From Candidatus Omnitrophota bacterium (lineage in GTDB: Bacteria; Omnitrophota; Gorgyraeia; Gygaellales; Profunditerraquicolaceae), in contig JAQURC010000006.1 of assembly GCA_028715785.1 (NCBI GenBank), positions 21,630-85,629 on the forward strand: a stretch of 64,000 bases of DNA, read 5' to 3'. The notes beneath the pieces were generated by a model. It did no database searches. It had not been told where the DNA came from and worked only from the letters and a program-made list of their open reading frames with translations. The position numbers and the translations under genes were made by a program. Positions 1 to 9,886 of the stretch are shown one piece after another (positions within the stretch are counted from its first letter, which is position 1; every line of letters starts with the position of its first letter).

Positions 1-113
1 TCGGCTCCATCGGTTTTAATTTTGGCACGGCAGACGTCCATCGTTACGATGCCCGAATCACTGATGCGGGAAAATTTTTACTTTTAGCCAGCGGGCAAAA
101 TACTGCCGAATTT

Positions 114-917
114 ATGGGCCGGGTGAATAAAATCAGGGCATTAATTGGCCAAGCTCATGAAAAAGGCGCAGCAGCATTCGTTGTTTCAGGCTTAAAGAAA
201 GATAAGATAGAACTGCTGCTGGAGGCAGTTAACAATGTGCTGCATAAAGGTGATAAAGTAGTAGTGGTGGGCGCTATCAATGCCTATCCTTTAGCCGCCG
301 AAGGAAAGACTACCGGTAAAATGGAGATTAAAAAAGACGCTTTGGAAACCTGGAAAGAAGTAGTTGAAGCGGCAAAAGCCAAAGGTATTGATTTATACTA
401 TCCTAAGGCGCTTAAAATAGTGAAAGATTTAACTACAGCGAAAAACGAAGATATTCAGGTTATTCAGGACGGAAATATTCCTGAGGATTATGTGATTGGC
501 GATGTGGCTGAACAGGGGCTTACAGAGATATTTAATATTCTTGAGGATGAGAATGTTAAATTGGTATTACAATCCGGCCCTGTTGGGCCGTTTGACTTAA
601 ATGATGTTCTCGCTGAAGGCAGTAACAAATTTCAGCAAAAATTGGCAGAGTTATCGTTAAAGAAAAAAGTAGTTTCTCTTGGTTCCGATACTCAAAAGGC
701 CAATAAAAAAGCAGGCGTGGAGGGCAAATTCCCCGATCAATTTACCGACGGCGGTTCGTTCCTTGATGCCTTAACTTGTCCGAAAGGCGAAGATTGTCCG
801 GCTATTAGCGCATTAAAAGAATCGGCAAAAATATATGCTGGGGTTTTAGCCAAAGATATTGAAAAAGAGGCCGAAAAAGTAGAAACGGCTGCAGGTGAAG
901 TTACGACAAAGAATTAA
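114..917 (+). CDS. Hypothetical protein, no recognisable motifs. The frame is open upstream to position 3 with an in-frame ATG at 48, so the gene may be 5'-partial and continue beyond the window edge.
   Basis: Long ORF with coherent codon usage, same strand and 50 nt upstream of the giant ORF. No stop codon in frame between positions 3 and 114. Confidence 0.5.
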   Translation: MGRVNKIRALIGQAHEKGAAAFVVSGLKKDKIELLLEAVNNVLHKGDKVVVVGAINAYPLAAEGKTTGKMEIKKDALETWKEVVEAAKAKGIDLYYPKALKIVKDLTTAKNEDIQVIQDGNIPEDYVIGDVAEQGLTEIFNILEDENVKLVLQSGPVGPFDLNDVLAEGSNKFQQKLAELSLKKKVVSLGSDTQKANKKAGVEGKFPDQFTDGGSFLDALTCPKGEDCPAISALKESAKIYAGVLAKDIEKEAEKVETAAGEVTTKN

Positions 918-939
918 ATTTGAAAAAGTTGGCATAAAA

Positions 940-965
940 GTAGGGGGCGTTTAAACGTCCCCTAC
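940..965. repeat. Palindromic hairpin element, family P1 (GTAGGGGGCG-TTTAAA-CGTCCCCTAC), copy A. It is immediately followed by a perfect DnaA-box 9-mer TGTGGATAA at 968-976.
   Basis: Near-perfect 26-nt inverted repeat centred on GTTTAAAC. The same architecture recurs at 9822, 42096 and 63610. Confidence 0.75.
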
Positions 966-966
966 A

Positions 967-3900
967 ATGTGGATAACTAATAGCTCCGGGAAGACAATGC
1001 GTAAATCAAAATTCAGCCCCTGGATAAGGTCTGTTGCTTTATTAGTAGTGGCTGTTTTTCTGCCGCAGCAGGTAATTTACGCCGGCAGCATCACCGATGA
1101 AATTACGTCTCGTCTCCCCAGCGTATCCAGCCTTAAATCAAGCGTTCAATCCACCATCTCCACCGCCCAATCCTATGTTTCTAAAGCCAATAGCGCCTAC
1201 ACTTCCGCAAGCAATGTTTACAACGCCGTAAAAGCCTCTACCGGCCTATCGGTAAGAAGCTTTGTCTCTCCCTTAAGCAGTATCAATGTCCAAACTATTA
1301 AAACTACTGCCGGCATAGCTACTGCCGCCCTTACCCGTAATCCCCAGGCAGGAATAGCCATAGCCAATACCAATTGGGCCAAGACGATATCTAATGGCCT
1401 TCCCGCAATAAAAAATTCTATTTACGATAAAGCAATCTGGGCAAGAGACCAGACTATATTCAAACCCGGTTTTAACGATAGCCCGGAAGGCCAAGAACAT
1501 TGGAAAGCTCTTGGCACAGCTTTTATCTTTATAACCGGCCCGGCTGGAGCAGCTGAAGGATTGCTTTCAAGCGCTGGCGGATTAGTGACTGTCAGTGTTG
1601 CCCGATACGCGCCTTCTTTAGCGATAAGAGGCGGTTCTTGGGCTTTGCAGGGCAGCCGGTTAATAGAATGGGTAGGGCCGAAAGTGGGGCAGGGCAGCAG
1701 TTGGGTATTTAATAGCCGGCCGGTCGCAGCTTATGGCAAATATGTGCTTGTGCCTGCGGGAATAGAGGTAATGGGTAATACTCTTTACGGTTATTCTCCG
1801 TTTAAATCCGTCGCGTTTACAACTTATAACTCTAATCAAGGGCAGATTACTAATTTGATGGGGGATATCAGCAGAAGGCAGCACTCGCTTGAGGCAGGGA
1901 GTTTTGCCGCTGAAAATTATGAACCGCTGATCAGCGATTTGTCAACCGCGTTTCCCGGTAACACTGCTACGCCCGAAGGAGTAAAGAGTTATTTACAGAA
2001 GAATGAAGGTAAATATCGCGGGGTTATATCCAATGATGCGCAGATTTCCTCCGATTTGGCAGTAATAAGTAATTTAAGCAACGACAATAAACACCAGGCA
2101 GGTAAATTCAATTCTTTTGAAAAAGGGTTTACTGCGTTGGCAGAAGTTAATTATGCCGCAGTTAACGCATTAGGCAATGGAATAAATAGTTCAGGTATTC
2201 CTCTTGCGGGTGAATTTATTAAATCCGTAGGTTCTTTTACCCCGCTTACCGGGCTTTCAATCGGCGGCTCTGTGGGCGCTGACCCCGGCCAAGGATTATA
2301 TGGTTTTGCGAATTTCTTTGCCAGTCCGGTTGAAAATGGTATTGGGCTTCGCGAAGGTTCAATTATTGAGCGTTTATCAAACCGCGAATTTTCGGCGCTT
2401 TTAACAGGCGCAGATTATCATTCTAATTATAGAAACCTTGGGAAAGCCGCAGGCAGCGCTTTTATTATGTTGGGCGGCGGCAGGCAGGTTTCAGGAGCGG
2501 CTAAGTCCGTGAAAGCAAAAGCAGGGACGTTAGATTCATTTTTGTCCGTTCATCCGGATATTAACGCTGTTGTAGCGCACCCTTACTTTAAACCCGCGGC
2601 GCACGCCTTAATATTGACCCTGCCGCTGGTGGGCGCAGCGCTATGGGAAGGTTATCAAAATAATAACTTAGGTAAACCTTTTGCTGCTACTACAGTGATG
2701 GCGGCAAATATGTTTGCGCCTTCTCTTGTTGCCAGGAGTAGATTTAATTCTAACCAGCAACTCGATCCTTTAATGAGTCCTAAAAACGATTTTCCTAAGA
2801 AATCCCCTATACCGGTGAAGAGTTTATTCGAGGATCAGGTAATGACTCTTAAAAGCATGGTTTCCAGCGGGACAAACGACCGCTTGGCGGTAATAAGAGG
2901 TTTAGGCACCGGTAAGACCACAGCCTTGTTAGCTTATATTTTGCCGTATAAAATAGGTGATAACCTAAAGAGAGGCAAGGGCACTCTTATATTGACTCCT
3001 AATGATGGGGTTACTAATGATGTGAAAGCGGTTCTCCGGGGGGCCAATGACGTTGGATTCAATCATCAAGAAATTCAGAAGCGGTTAGGAACAAATGTTA
3101 ATTTCCCTAAAGAGATAACTGAAAAGAAACTAAAAATTGAAAGTGTAACCAAAACTGAAGATAAACTTAAGCAGGAGCAGGATTTTATCGATAAGGTTAT
3201 GAATAATGATGTAGTGGTTATGCCGTATGAACTTTATAGTTCAATTTATCATACTTATTTAATGCGGCCAGGCCGAATGGACGCGGCCAGAGAAAAAGTT
3301 ATCAACAGGATTAAAGACAGTAATTTTCTTATGGATGAAGTTGATCTGCCCGCGTTTCTTCCTTCTTTGATGATGAGTGAGGGCAGAATGTATGTTCCTG
3401 AGGGTAATCCAGAATACAATTACTGGCAGGATGTGGCGGGGAAAAGCCGGCAGATTTATGATAAAGTTAAATATGACAAGGTTAATTCTAATGATATGAA
3501 ATTAGATAAGATAGAAGGCGAAACAAGCGCGGAATTAGAGTTTAGAACTATGGCTCAGGGGCAGAAGTTATTGAGTGAACGAATTCCGGGAATAGAAGAA
3601 TTGCCTTTGCCGGATTCCGCAACAGTGCGGAACTTAGTCCGGGAAATAAAAAATAAACATTCAGAAATAGGATACACTGACCAGGAAATTGCCGAGCATA
3701 TAGCCCATGGAACCTGGGGGTATCGGTCATATGAATTAAGAAACTCGTTTACTAAAGAAGAATACGCTGTTAAGACCGAGGCTGTTCCGGCAGCCGATAT
3801 AGATACATACGGTCCCAAAAAAGCTGTGGATACCGTAAAGATCGGAGGCGTGGAAGGCAGGGATATTCATAATTTTGATTTGCATATACCCGCGGGCCAA

Positions 3901-6513
3901 CAGCAAATCTTAGAAATACTTCACGGTGCCAAGCTTATTTCCCGGCCCTTAAAAGGGGATCATGTGGGTAACGCTATCGATGCTTTAGAAATATTAGGAG
4001 GTAGTATTGGATTCACAGGCACTGTTTCTGATACAGCCAAGCCTGTTCTTGAAAAAGCAGGCTTTACAAAGTTCGATTATGGGCAGGTAAAAGCTTCTGA
4101 TTACGAAGCCCCGGTTGTAAACGCAGATTTGAGCCAGACAATAAAGCAAGTCACAGATGGTATTGTCAATAACCGGGGGGATCGGCTTGATATCGATATA
4201 ACCCCGAATAATCCCCTTTCCCGTCTTATTAAAAAAGTTTTAATATCCAAGGGAATTGCTCCCGCGAAATTGGCAAAAGAGGGGGAAAATTATAAATTTA
4301 TAGAAGGAAAATATGTTCATATCGGAGGCCGGACTCCGGAAAAGGCTGCCCAGGCATTATTGGATTCTTTGAAAACCGAAAAAGCCCCTTATGCTATCGT
4401 CGGGACCGCCAATGAAATCGGCAGAGGCCTGAATTTTGATCCCGCGCCTTATTTAGCCAAAGATGGCACAAAAGTAGCGGTAAATCTTATTGAGCCGGAG
4501 TTGATGACCGCCACCCAGGTTAACCAGGGAGCGGGCCGTATCGGGGGGAAATTCCGATTTACAAATATAAAAGATAAAGAAGGTAATCTTCATAATCCGG
4601 AAAAAATCGTCCGCCTTCTGATGAGCAAAGATATGATGCGGCCAATGCCTGAATTTGAAGAAGCGCTGAAATTAGATAATTCTCAAGATGGTGTAAAAAG
4701 CCTTAAAATTATGGAAGCCCTGCAGGATGTCTGGAATAAAAACGAGAGAGAGGTAGTTGCCAGATCGGGCCTTTCTTCAGAGAGAATCGACAATAAAGTA
4801 GTGAAAAGTGAATTCAAGGAAGTAGATATGCCTACTACTTTGGAGGAAATAAAAGAGAAAGATGCCAAGGATTACCTTGTTTTAAAAGGCTACACGACTG
4901 AAAGTATTGTTAAAAAAGGAGAAGCATATATAAAGGAGAATAAGCTTACGATTAAGGGATTACGGTTTATGCAATTGCTTAAGGAGGCCGAGGCATTATT
5001 GGATAAGCAGCATAAGATTTTGGATAAAATTACTGCGCTTCGCATTTTGAATATAGATAATCCCGTCCAATTCGCGATAGGTTTGACTGAAAAGGGCATC
5101 GTAGAGCTTGAAGATTACAATAAGAGAGGGTTAACTTCCGTTATGTGCTTAGGAAGGGTATTAAAGCCGTTTAATACGGATATTTCAAGCGAAGAAATAA
5201 AACAATATCAGGATATCATAAGCAGCGCTTTGGAACAGAAGCTTGAATTCGTTGAAGGGCTGATAAATAAAAATAAGATAAAAATAGACGATAACGGGAC
5301 AAAAGAGTTAATTCTAAAGAAATTAGGGCTGCTAAGGGGCTCTTTAGCCAATATCCAGGAAATATCCCGTCAGATATCCGACGGATATGCTAAAAATAAA
5401 GGCACTGTTCTTCCAGCAGACAAGTTGCGTTTAAAATCCGCCTACCGTGAATTCGAAAATATTATGGCGTATCAGGATTTAGAGGATATCAGCGCTAAAC
5501 TTGGTTCTCCGGCAATAACTGACCTGATTCCTTTGTTTATTCCCAATGCCGGCACCGATGAGATCGCGAAATTCTCCGCGATTTTTGATTTTGCCAAGGA
5601 TAACAATATTAACTTGGCCCCGTATAATTTATTTGAATTGTTTAATTTGACTGACGGTAACAATAAAATTGATTTTGCCAAATTTATTGACAAGAACACC
5701 GGGGATCCGTATCTAAAAATCTATGCGCAACGATTAGCCCTTTATGAAAACGTTTTAGCCAAACAAATGCAATATTATATCCAATTATTTAGCGGAAAAA
5801 CAAAAGATGCAAAAGAATATGAACAGGGCTTGCAGGAAGATGTCGATTTCTTGAGGAATTTTGACATCGATCCAACAAGGGGCGCCCGGCTTAATTTAGC
5901 TCAACTAAGAAAATTGTCGGATGGAAAGCTCTCCGATAAATTATTGTTAAGAATTTATTTGGGTTTATGCGTTTCCGATGAAGAAATCGAAAATTTTATT
6001 CTTGACGAAGGAATTAATAATATAGTTTTAAAGAAAGAAGGATCGCAAGAAGTATCCGAGGCCTTGGCAGAACTAATTCGCCTTGGAAAATTATACGGGA
6101 TGGAAAGGGCAATAAGAGAGGTGCAGGCAAAATATGCCCCTGATGTAGTAAATGGAGCAATAAAGGAATATTTAGCAAATATAGGACAAGGAAAGTATTT
6201 CAGGCCCGAATACTTTAATACAATACAGGGGGGTATTATTGATGCGGTTTCTACCCTGGCGCCTTTAATAAATAGAGAAGGAGCGATTAACGCAGCTGCG
6301 GTTATGGGTATAGGCCTTCTAAGATATCCGGTTTCAGCAAGTTTTAAGGCTATTACCGAGGCAATTTTTAATACCAATTCTCCGGAGCAACGGCTTCGGG
6401 CTATCAGCGATATCAAAGCAACCCTTGACATCCTTCCTCCAACAGTATCAACCGCGCCTGCCTTACCAGCAGTCGATTCGAAAACAGTTGAAGTGGCCGA
6501 AACCGCCGTATAA
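967..6513 (+). CDS. Giant secreted or membrane-anchored protein (1848 aa) with an internal SF2-helicase-like ATPase core. The true start is probably the Met at 997 (MRKSKFSPWIRSVALLVVAVFLP..., signal-peptide-like), because the 967 ATG lies inside the conserved repeat flank.
   Basis: N-terminal hydrophobic signal/anchor, then an S/T/A-rich region. Walker A GLGTGKTT, motif Ia-like LILTPNDG, Walker B LMDEVD, motif V-like GTANEIGRGLNFD, motif VI-like QGAGRIGG. Long C-terminal alpha-helical, K/E-rich region. Confidence 0.7.
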   Translation: MWITNSSGKTMRKSKFSPWIRSVALLVVAVFLPQQVIYAGSITDEITSRLPSVSSLKSSVQSTISTAQSYVSKANSAYTSASNVYNAVKASTGLSVRSFVSPLSSINVQTIKTTAGIATAALTRNPQAGIAIANTNWAKTISNGLPAIKNSIYDKAIWARDQTIFKPGFNDSPEGQEHWKALGTAFIFITGPAGAAEGLLSSAGGLVTVSVARYAPSLAIRGGSWALQGSRLIEWVGPKVGQGSSWVFNSRPVAAYGKYVLVPAGIEVMGNTLYGYSPFKSVAFTTYNSNQGQITNLMGDISRRQHSLEAGSFAAENYEPLISDLSTAFPGNTATPEGVKSYLQKNEGKYRGVISNDAQISSDLAVISNLSNDNKHQAGKFNSFEKGFTALAEVNYAAVNALGNGINSSGIPLAGEFIKSVGSFTPLTGLSIGGSVGADPGQGLYGFANFFASPVENGIGLREGSIIERLSNREFSALLTGADYHSNYRNLGKAAGSAFIMLGGGRQVSGAAKSVKAKAGTLDSFLSVHPDINAVVAHPYFKPAAHALILTLPLVGAALWEGYQNNNLGKPFAATTVMAANMFAPSLVARSRFNSNQQLDPLMSPKNDFPKKSPIPVKSLFEDQVMTLKSMVSSGTNDRLAVIRGLGTGKTTALLAYILPYKIGDNLKRGKGTLILTPNDGVTNDVKAVLRGANDVGFNHQEIQKRLGTNVNFPKEITEKKLKIESVTKTEDKLKQEQDFIDKVMNNDVVVMPYELYSSIYHTYLMRPGRMDAAREKVINRIKDSNFLMDEVDLPAFLPSLMMSEGRMYVPEGNPEYNYWQDVAGKSRQIYDKVKYDKVNSNDMKLDKIEGETSAELEFRTMAQGQKLLSERIPGIEELPLPDSATVRNLVREIKNKHSEIGYTDQEIAEHIAHGTWGYRSYELRNSFTKEEYAVKTEAVPAADIDTYGPKKAVDTVKIGGVEGRDIHNFDLHIPAGQQQILEILHGAKLISRPLKGDHVGNAIDALEILGGSIGFTGTVSDTAKPVLEKAGFTKFDYGQVKASDYEAPVVNADLSQTIKQVTDGIVNNRGDRLDIDITPNNPLSRLIKKVLISKGIAPAKLAKEGENYKFIEGKYVHIGGRTPEKAAQALLDSLKTEKAPYAIVGTANEIGRGLNFDPAPYLAKDGTKVAVNLIEPELMTATQVNQGAGRIGGKFRFTNIKDKEGNLHNPEKIVRLLMSKDMMRPMPEFEEALKLDNSQDGVKSLKIMEALQDVWNKNEREVVARSGLSSERIDNKVVKSEFKEVDMPTTLEEIKEKDAKDYLVLKGYTTESIVKKGEAYIKENKLTIKGLRFMQLLKEAEALLDKQHKILDKITALRILNIDNPVQFAIGLTEKGIVELEDYNKRGLTSVMCLGRVLKPFNTDISSEEIKQYQDIISSALEQKLEFVEGLINKNKIKIDDNGTKELILKKLGLLRGSLANIQEISRQISDGYAKNKGTVLPADKLRLKSAYREFENIMAYQDLEDISAKLGSPAITDLIPLFIPNAGTDEIAKFSAIFDFAKDNNINLAPYNLFELFNLTDGNNKIDFAKFIDKNTGDPYLKIYAQRLALYENVLAKQMQYYIQLFSGKTKDAKEYEQGLQEDVDFLRNFDIDPTRGARLNLAQLRKLSDGKLSDKLLLRIYLGLCVSDEEIENFILDEGINNIVLKKEGSQEVSEALAELIRLGKLYGMERAIREVQAKYAPDVVNGAIKEYLANIGQGKYFRPEYFNTIQGGIIDAVSTLAPLINREGAINAAAVMGIGLLRYPVSASFKAITEAIFNTNSPEQRLRAISDIKATLDILPPTVSTAPALPAVDSKTVEVAETAV

Positions 6514-6801
6514 TGCATACAGATAACCCTAAATTAATTGATAAGCCATATTTAAAAAGGCGAGGGAAAATGAAATTTATTTCCACGGTCGTAAAAATTA
6601 CCGGATATAGAACCCGCGCAGGAGATAAATGAGATTGTTAAAAATGACGCTGATTTAATTTCCAAGTTTATGGATAGTTTTATTTAAGGTTTTTATGTTC
6701 TTTGAAAATATCGGGCCAAATTTTTTCTTGATTAATTTGATAAATAAAGGATAATATGCGTAAGTTCACTTGGCTCACTAGGTTAGGGCGGGGAGAAAAA
6801 G

Positions 6802-7497
6802 ATGGGCGAACGCAGAAAATTAGCCAGATGGCAGGTAAATCAACACGCCGCGCTTAAATTGGAGCAGGCCGCCGAGGAATTATTCTGCCAAATCAAGGAT
6901 ATCAATTCTAAAGGGGCAAGGATTACTTTAAATACAAAATTGCCGCAGGATAGCCGGCTTAAGATGAGTTTACGGCTCTCTGAAAATTATGCCGTTGAGG
7001 CGGAAGTTTGGGTTGCCTGGCACAAGGTTATTAACGGCATTAACCACTACGGGCTTTATTTTAGCAGGATAAAGGATGCGGATAAGGATAAAATTTATAA
7101 ATTTATCAACAGGTATCGTTCTAATGGTTTGAAACAGGAACCGTCGCCGGCAGCTGCAAGGGTTGAGAAAGAGAAAGGAGGTGAAGGGATGCATGACCAT
7201 CGGATATTCGAAAGGTTCAGGAAGGAATTTTCCGCCCGCTTTATCGGCTTAGACGGAAAAGAGGGGCAGGCTCAAACATTTGATGTAAGCGCAAAAGGCC
7301 TGGGGTTATCAACCACAAATGAATTGGAATCCAAGACTCCTCTAGAGATCTGGTTGGATGTTCCTGGCAGCACCGATCCTTTATACACAAGGGGGCAGGT
7401 TGTCTGGTCAAGGTTGGCAGGGGTAAGCGGATATCGTTCGGGTATCGAATTGGAAAGGGCTGATCTTATGGGTGTTTCGCGCCTCCTGCGCGCCTGA
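6802..7497 (+). CDS. Tandem PilZ-domain protein, a putative c-di-GMP receptor.
   Basis: Two RxxxR ... D/NxSxxG motif pairs: RRKLAR...DINSKGA in the N-terminal half and RIFERFR...DVSAKGLGL in the C-terminal half. Confidence 0.55.
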   Translation: MGERRKLARWQVNQHAALKLEQAAEELFCQIKDINSKGARITLNTKLPQDSRLKMSLRLSENYAVEAEVWVAWHKVINGINHYGLYFSRIKDADKDKIYKFINRYRSNGLKQEPSPAAARVEKEKGGEGMHDHRIFERFRKEFSARFIGLDGKEGQAQTFDVSAKGLGLSTTNELESKTPLEIWLDVPGSTDPLYTRGQVVWSRLAGVSGYRSGIELERADLMGVSRLLRA

Positions 7498-7615
7498 TTT
7501 AGCCGATAAAAAACTTGATTTGTTGGCTAAAATATGCTAAATTTTTATATTAACGTCTTTTATAATCTATTCCTATAGGGTAGATCTCCCACTAAAAGCG
7601 GAAGGAGTTATTAAG

Positions 7616-8914
7616 ATGTGGTTTAAGAACATACTTCTGGGTATTTCTATATTATTTTCAGCATTAGGCTGTTCGGGCCAAAAAGTTGATTCCAAACCCA
7701 CCATAACTATCTGGCACTGGATGACCGACCGCGACGCAACCTTCCAGGATCTGGCAAAAAAATATGAAACTTTAACCGGCGTAAAAGTAAATTTCGAGCT
7801 TTATGCCCCTTCGGACGCTTATTCACAGAAGATCCGCGCCGCAGCCCAGGGCATAAACCTTCCGGATGTTTTTGGCATTTTGGGAGAAAAGAGGGATTTT
7901 GCTTCTTTTATCAAAGCCGGCCACATTTTAGATCTTACCTCCTATATGGAAGCCAATAATAACGGTTGGAAGAACAGTTTTTTCCCCAAGGCGCTGGCGG
8001 TAAATGAATTTGCCGCAGGCAATAGTTATGGGATAAATCCCGGCACCTACGGTGTCCCTGTCGATATTATGACCATCCAGATGGTCTATAACAAAAAACT
8101 TTTTACGCAGTTGGGATTAAATCCCAGCCGGCCTCCGAAGACCCTCCAGGAGTTTTTAGATATCGGTCCGAAAATCCAGGCCGCCGGAATGCAGGGGCTG
8201 GTTTCCGGATGGGGCGAGGTTTGGATGATTGATTGCCTGGCCAATGACTATGCCTTCAATATTATGGGTAAAGATAAGGTAATGGCGACGATCAGGGGCC
8301 AGGTCCCTTATACCGATCCGGATTGGGTCAAGGTATTTTCTATCTTTAAGCAGATGCAGGACTCCGGTGTTTTAGCCAAAGGCCTGGTAACCATGATCAA
8401 TAAATCCGCCGAGCAGCTTTTTGCCAATGAAAAAGCTGTTTTTGCTTTTAACGGTTCCTGGTGCGTGAATGTTTATAAGGGGATGAATCCTAATCTTGAA
8501 TACGGGGCAATACTTCCGCCGCAGGCCTCTGACAAATATCCGATGTCTATCTGGGGCGGGGCAGGTTCTTCTTTTATGGTCAACGCGCGTTCTAAAAATA
8601 AGGAAGAAGCAATTAAGTTTTTAGTCTGGCTGACCGGCCAGGACCAGCAGGCATATTTATCCAGGGCCACCAATAACCTGCCTGCCAACAAAAACTGTTT
8701 GGCTAAGATCCCCGAGGTGCTTGCCCAATTTGCCCGCGGCATGGAGTATGCCACCCATCCGAACGTCTGGGGGGTTTCGGAGTTTTCTTTGGTCATCGAG
8801 GCTTTTGACCGCGGTATCCAATCCATCATTATCGGAGAGAAAACCCCCGAGCAGGTTGCTGATGAAGTTCAGAAAGTAAAGGAAAGGGAATTAAATAAGA
8901 GAAGAGCCAAATAG
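7616..8914 (+). CDS. ABC transporter substrate-binding lipoprotein, carbohydrate (CUT1) type.
   Basis: Lipoprotein signal peptide with lipobox LGC|SG. Length and composition typical of family-1 sugar-binding proteins. Followed by two MalFG-type permease genes. Confidence 0.7.
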   Translation: MWFKNILLGISILFSALGCSGQKVDSKPTITIWHWMTDRDATFQDLAKKYETLTGVKVNFELYAPSDAYSQKIRAAAQGINLPDVFGILGEKRDFASFIKAGHILDLTSYMEANNNGWKNSFFPKALAVNEFAAGNSYGINPGTYGVPVDIMTIQMVYNKKLFTQLGLNPSRPPKTLQEFLDIGPKIQAAGMQGLVSGWGEVWMIDCLANDYAFNIMGKDKVMATIRGQVPYTDPDWVKVFSIFKQMQDSGVLAKGLVTMINKSAEQLFANEKAVFAFNGSWCVNVYKGMNPNLEYGAILPPQASDKYPMSIWGGAGSSFMVNARSKNKEEAIKFLVWLTGQDQQAYLSRATNNLPANKNCLAKIPEVLAQFARGMEYATHPNVWGVSEFSLVIEAFDRGIQSIIIGEKTPEQVADEVQKVKERELNKRRAK

Positions 8915-8917
8915 TCA

Positions 8918-9811
8918 ATGACACACAAATCAATGAAGCTGAAAGATACATTAGAGAATTACACCTTTGTCCTGCCGGCAGTAACCATATTTTCCATATT
9001 CTATATTATTCCTTTTATCTGGGTTTTTCAGTTGGGCCTCTTTGATTGGGACGGGATCTCTTTTAGCAAGACGTTTGTGGGCTTGGCAAATTTCAAAGAG
9101 ATCTTCCTGCAGGATAAAAACTGGTGGCAATCGATGTGGAACGCCGGTTACATCACTTTGATCGCCCTTACTTTTCAGAATATCCTGGCTTTTATGCTCG
9201 CCTGGGCCTGCGACCGCGAAATGAGGATGAAAAATTTTTACCGGGTGATTTTTTTTATCCCTCCGGTCCTCTCGGAAGTGGTCGTGGGCATGGCCTGGCG
9301 TTTTATCATCAATGACATCGACGGGGCGAATGTCATCAATCGCACGCTTACACAAATGGGTTTTCCGCATTTAGTGCATAATTGGTTATCCGACCCCAAC
9401 ACCGCACTTACTACCGTTGCGATTGTGCATTGCTGGAAGGGTTTTGGCTGGGGGTTCCTGATTTTTCTGGCAGGTCTGCAGACCATACCGCGCGAACTTT
9501 ACGAAGCCGCCCGGGTTGACGGGGCAAGCGCCTGGCAGTCATTTAAAAAAGTAACCATACCTTTGATGATCCCGGTGATGGTGCTGGTGGCCATCCTTAC
9601 GGTATTGGGCACGATGCAGGTGTTTGTATTGATTGTCAGCCTGGTGGGAGGCGAATTTGCCGGGCATACTTCGGTTCCGGTTTTAAGGATCCTGGCTTCT
9701 ATGCGCGGCTCATCGCGTTTTGGTTATGCCTGCGCCCAGGGGATTACTTTCGGTCTGGTATTGATTATAATATCTTTTATCCAATACCGTTTTTCCAAAA
9801 AAGGGCAATAG
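8918..9811 (+). CDS. Sugar ABC transporter permease (MalF/UgpA-like).
   Basis: Six hydrophobic segments; EAA loop motif YEAARVDGASAWQSFKKVTIPL. Confidence 0.75.
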   Translation: MTHKSMKLKDTLENYTFVLPAVTIFSIFYIIPFIWVFQLGLFDWDGISFSKTFVGLANFKEIFLQDKNWWQSMWNAGYITLIALTFQNILAFMLAWACDREMRMKNFYRVIFFIPPVLSEVVVGMAWRFIINDIDGANVINRTLTQMGFPHLVHNWLSDPNTALTTVAIVHCWKGFGWGFLIFLAGLQTIPRELYEAARVDGASAWQSFKKVTIPLMIPVMVLVAILTVLGTMQVFVLIVSLVGGEFAGHTSVPVLRILASMRGSSRFGYACAQGITFGLVLIIISFIQYRFSKKGQ

Positions 9812-9821
9812 AGTTATCAAT

Positions 9822-9858
9822 GTAGCGGAGGTTTAAACCTCCGCTACATTGTGGATAA
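9822..9858. repeat. Palindromic hairpin family P1, copy B (GTAGCGGAGG-TTTAAA-CCTCCGCTAC), plus an adjacent perfect DnaA-box 9-mer TGTGGATAA at 9850-9858.
   Basis: Perfect 26-nt inverted repeat lying intercistronically between the two permease genes. Shares the flank AWTGTGGATAAYT with copy A. Confidence 0.75.
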
Positions 9859-9886
9859 TTTTCAAGAAAGGCCAGTGAGATAAAGA

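Noticed and set aside
1273-6518. Minus-strand ORFs of 60-187 aa nested inside the giant gene (for example 5955..6518, 1273..1500).
   Set aside because: They lie antisense within a long coherent + strand gene, have low-complexity composition and no RBS or context. Typical of spurious frames in moderately GC-rich coding DNA.
6514-6801. AT-rich 290-nt intergenic region after the giant gene as a possible sRNA or promoter (TTGATA ... GATAAT).
   Set aside because: Spacing between candidate -35 and -10 is too short (~9-11 nt) and no stable conserved structure is evident. Likely just the PilZ gene upstream region.
8951-9370. Minus-strand 139-aa ORF and other small ORFs inside the permease genes.
   Set aside because: Antisense to conserved ABC permease coding sequence; no motifs.
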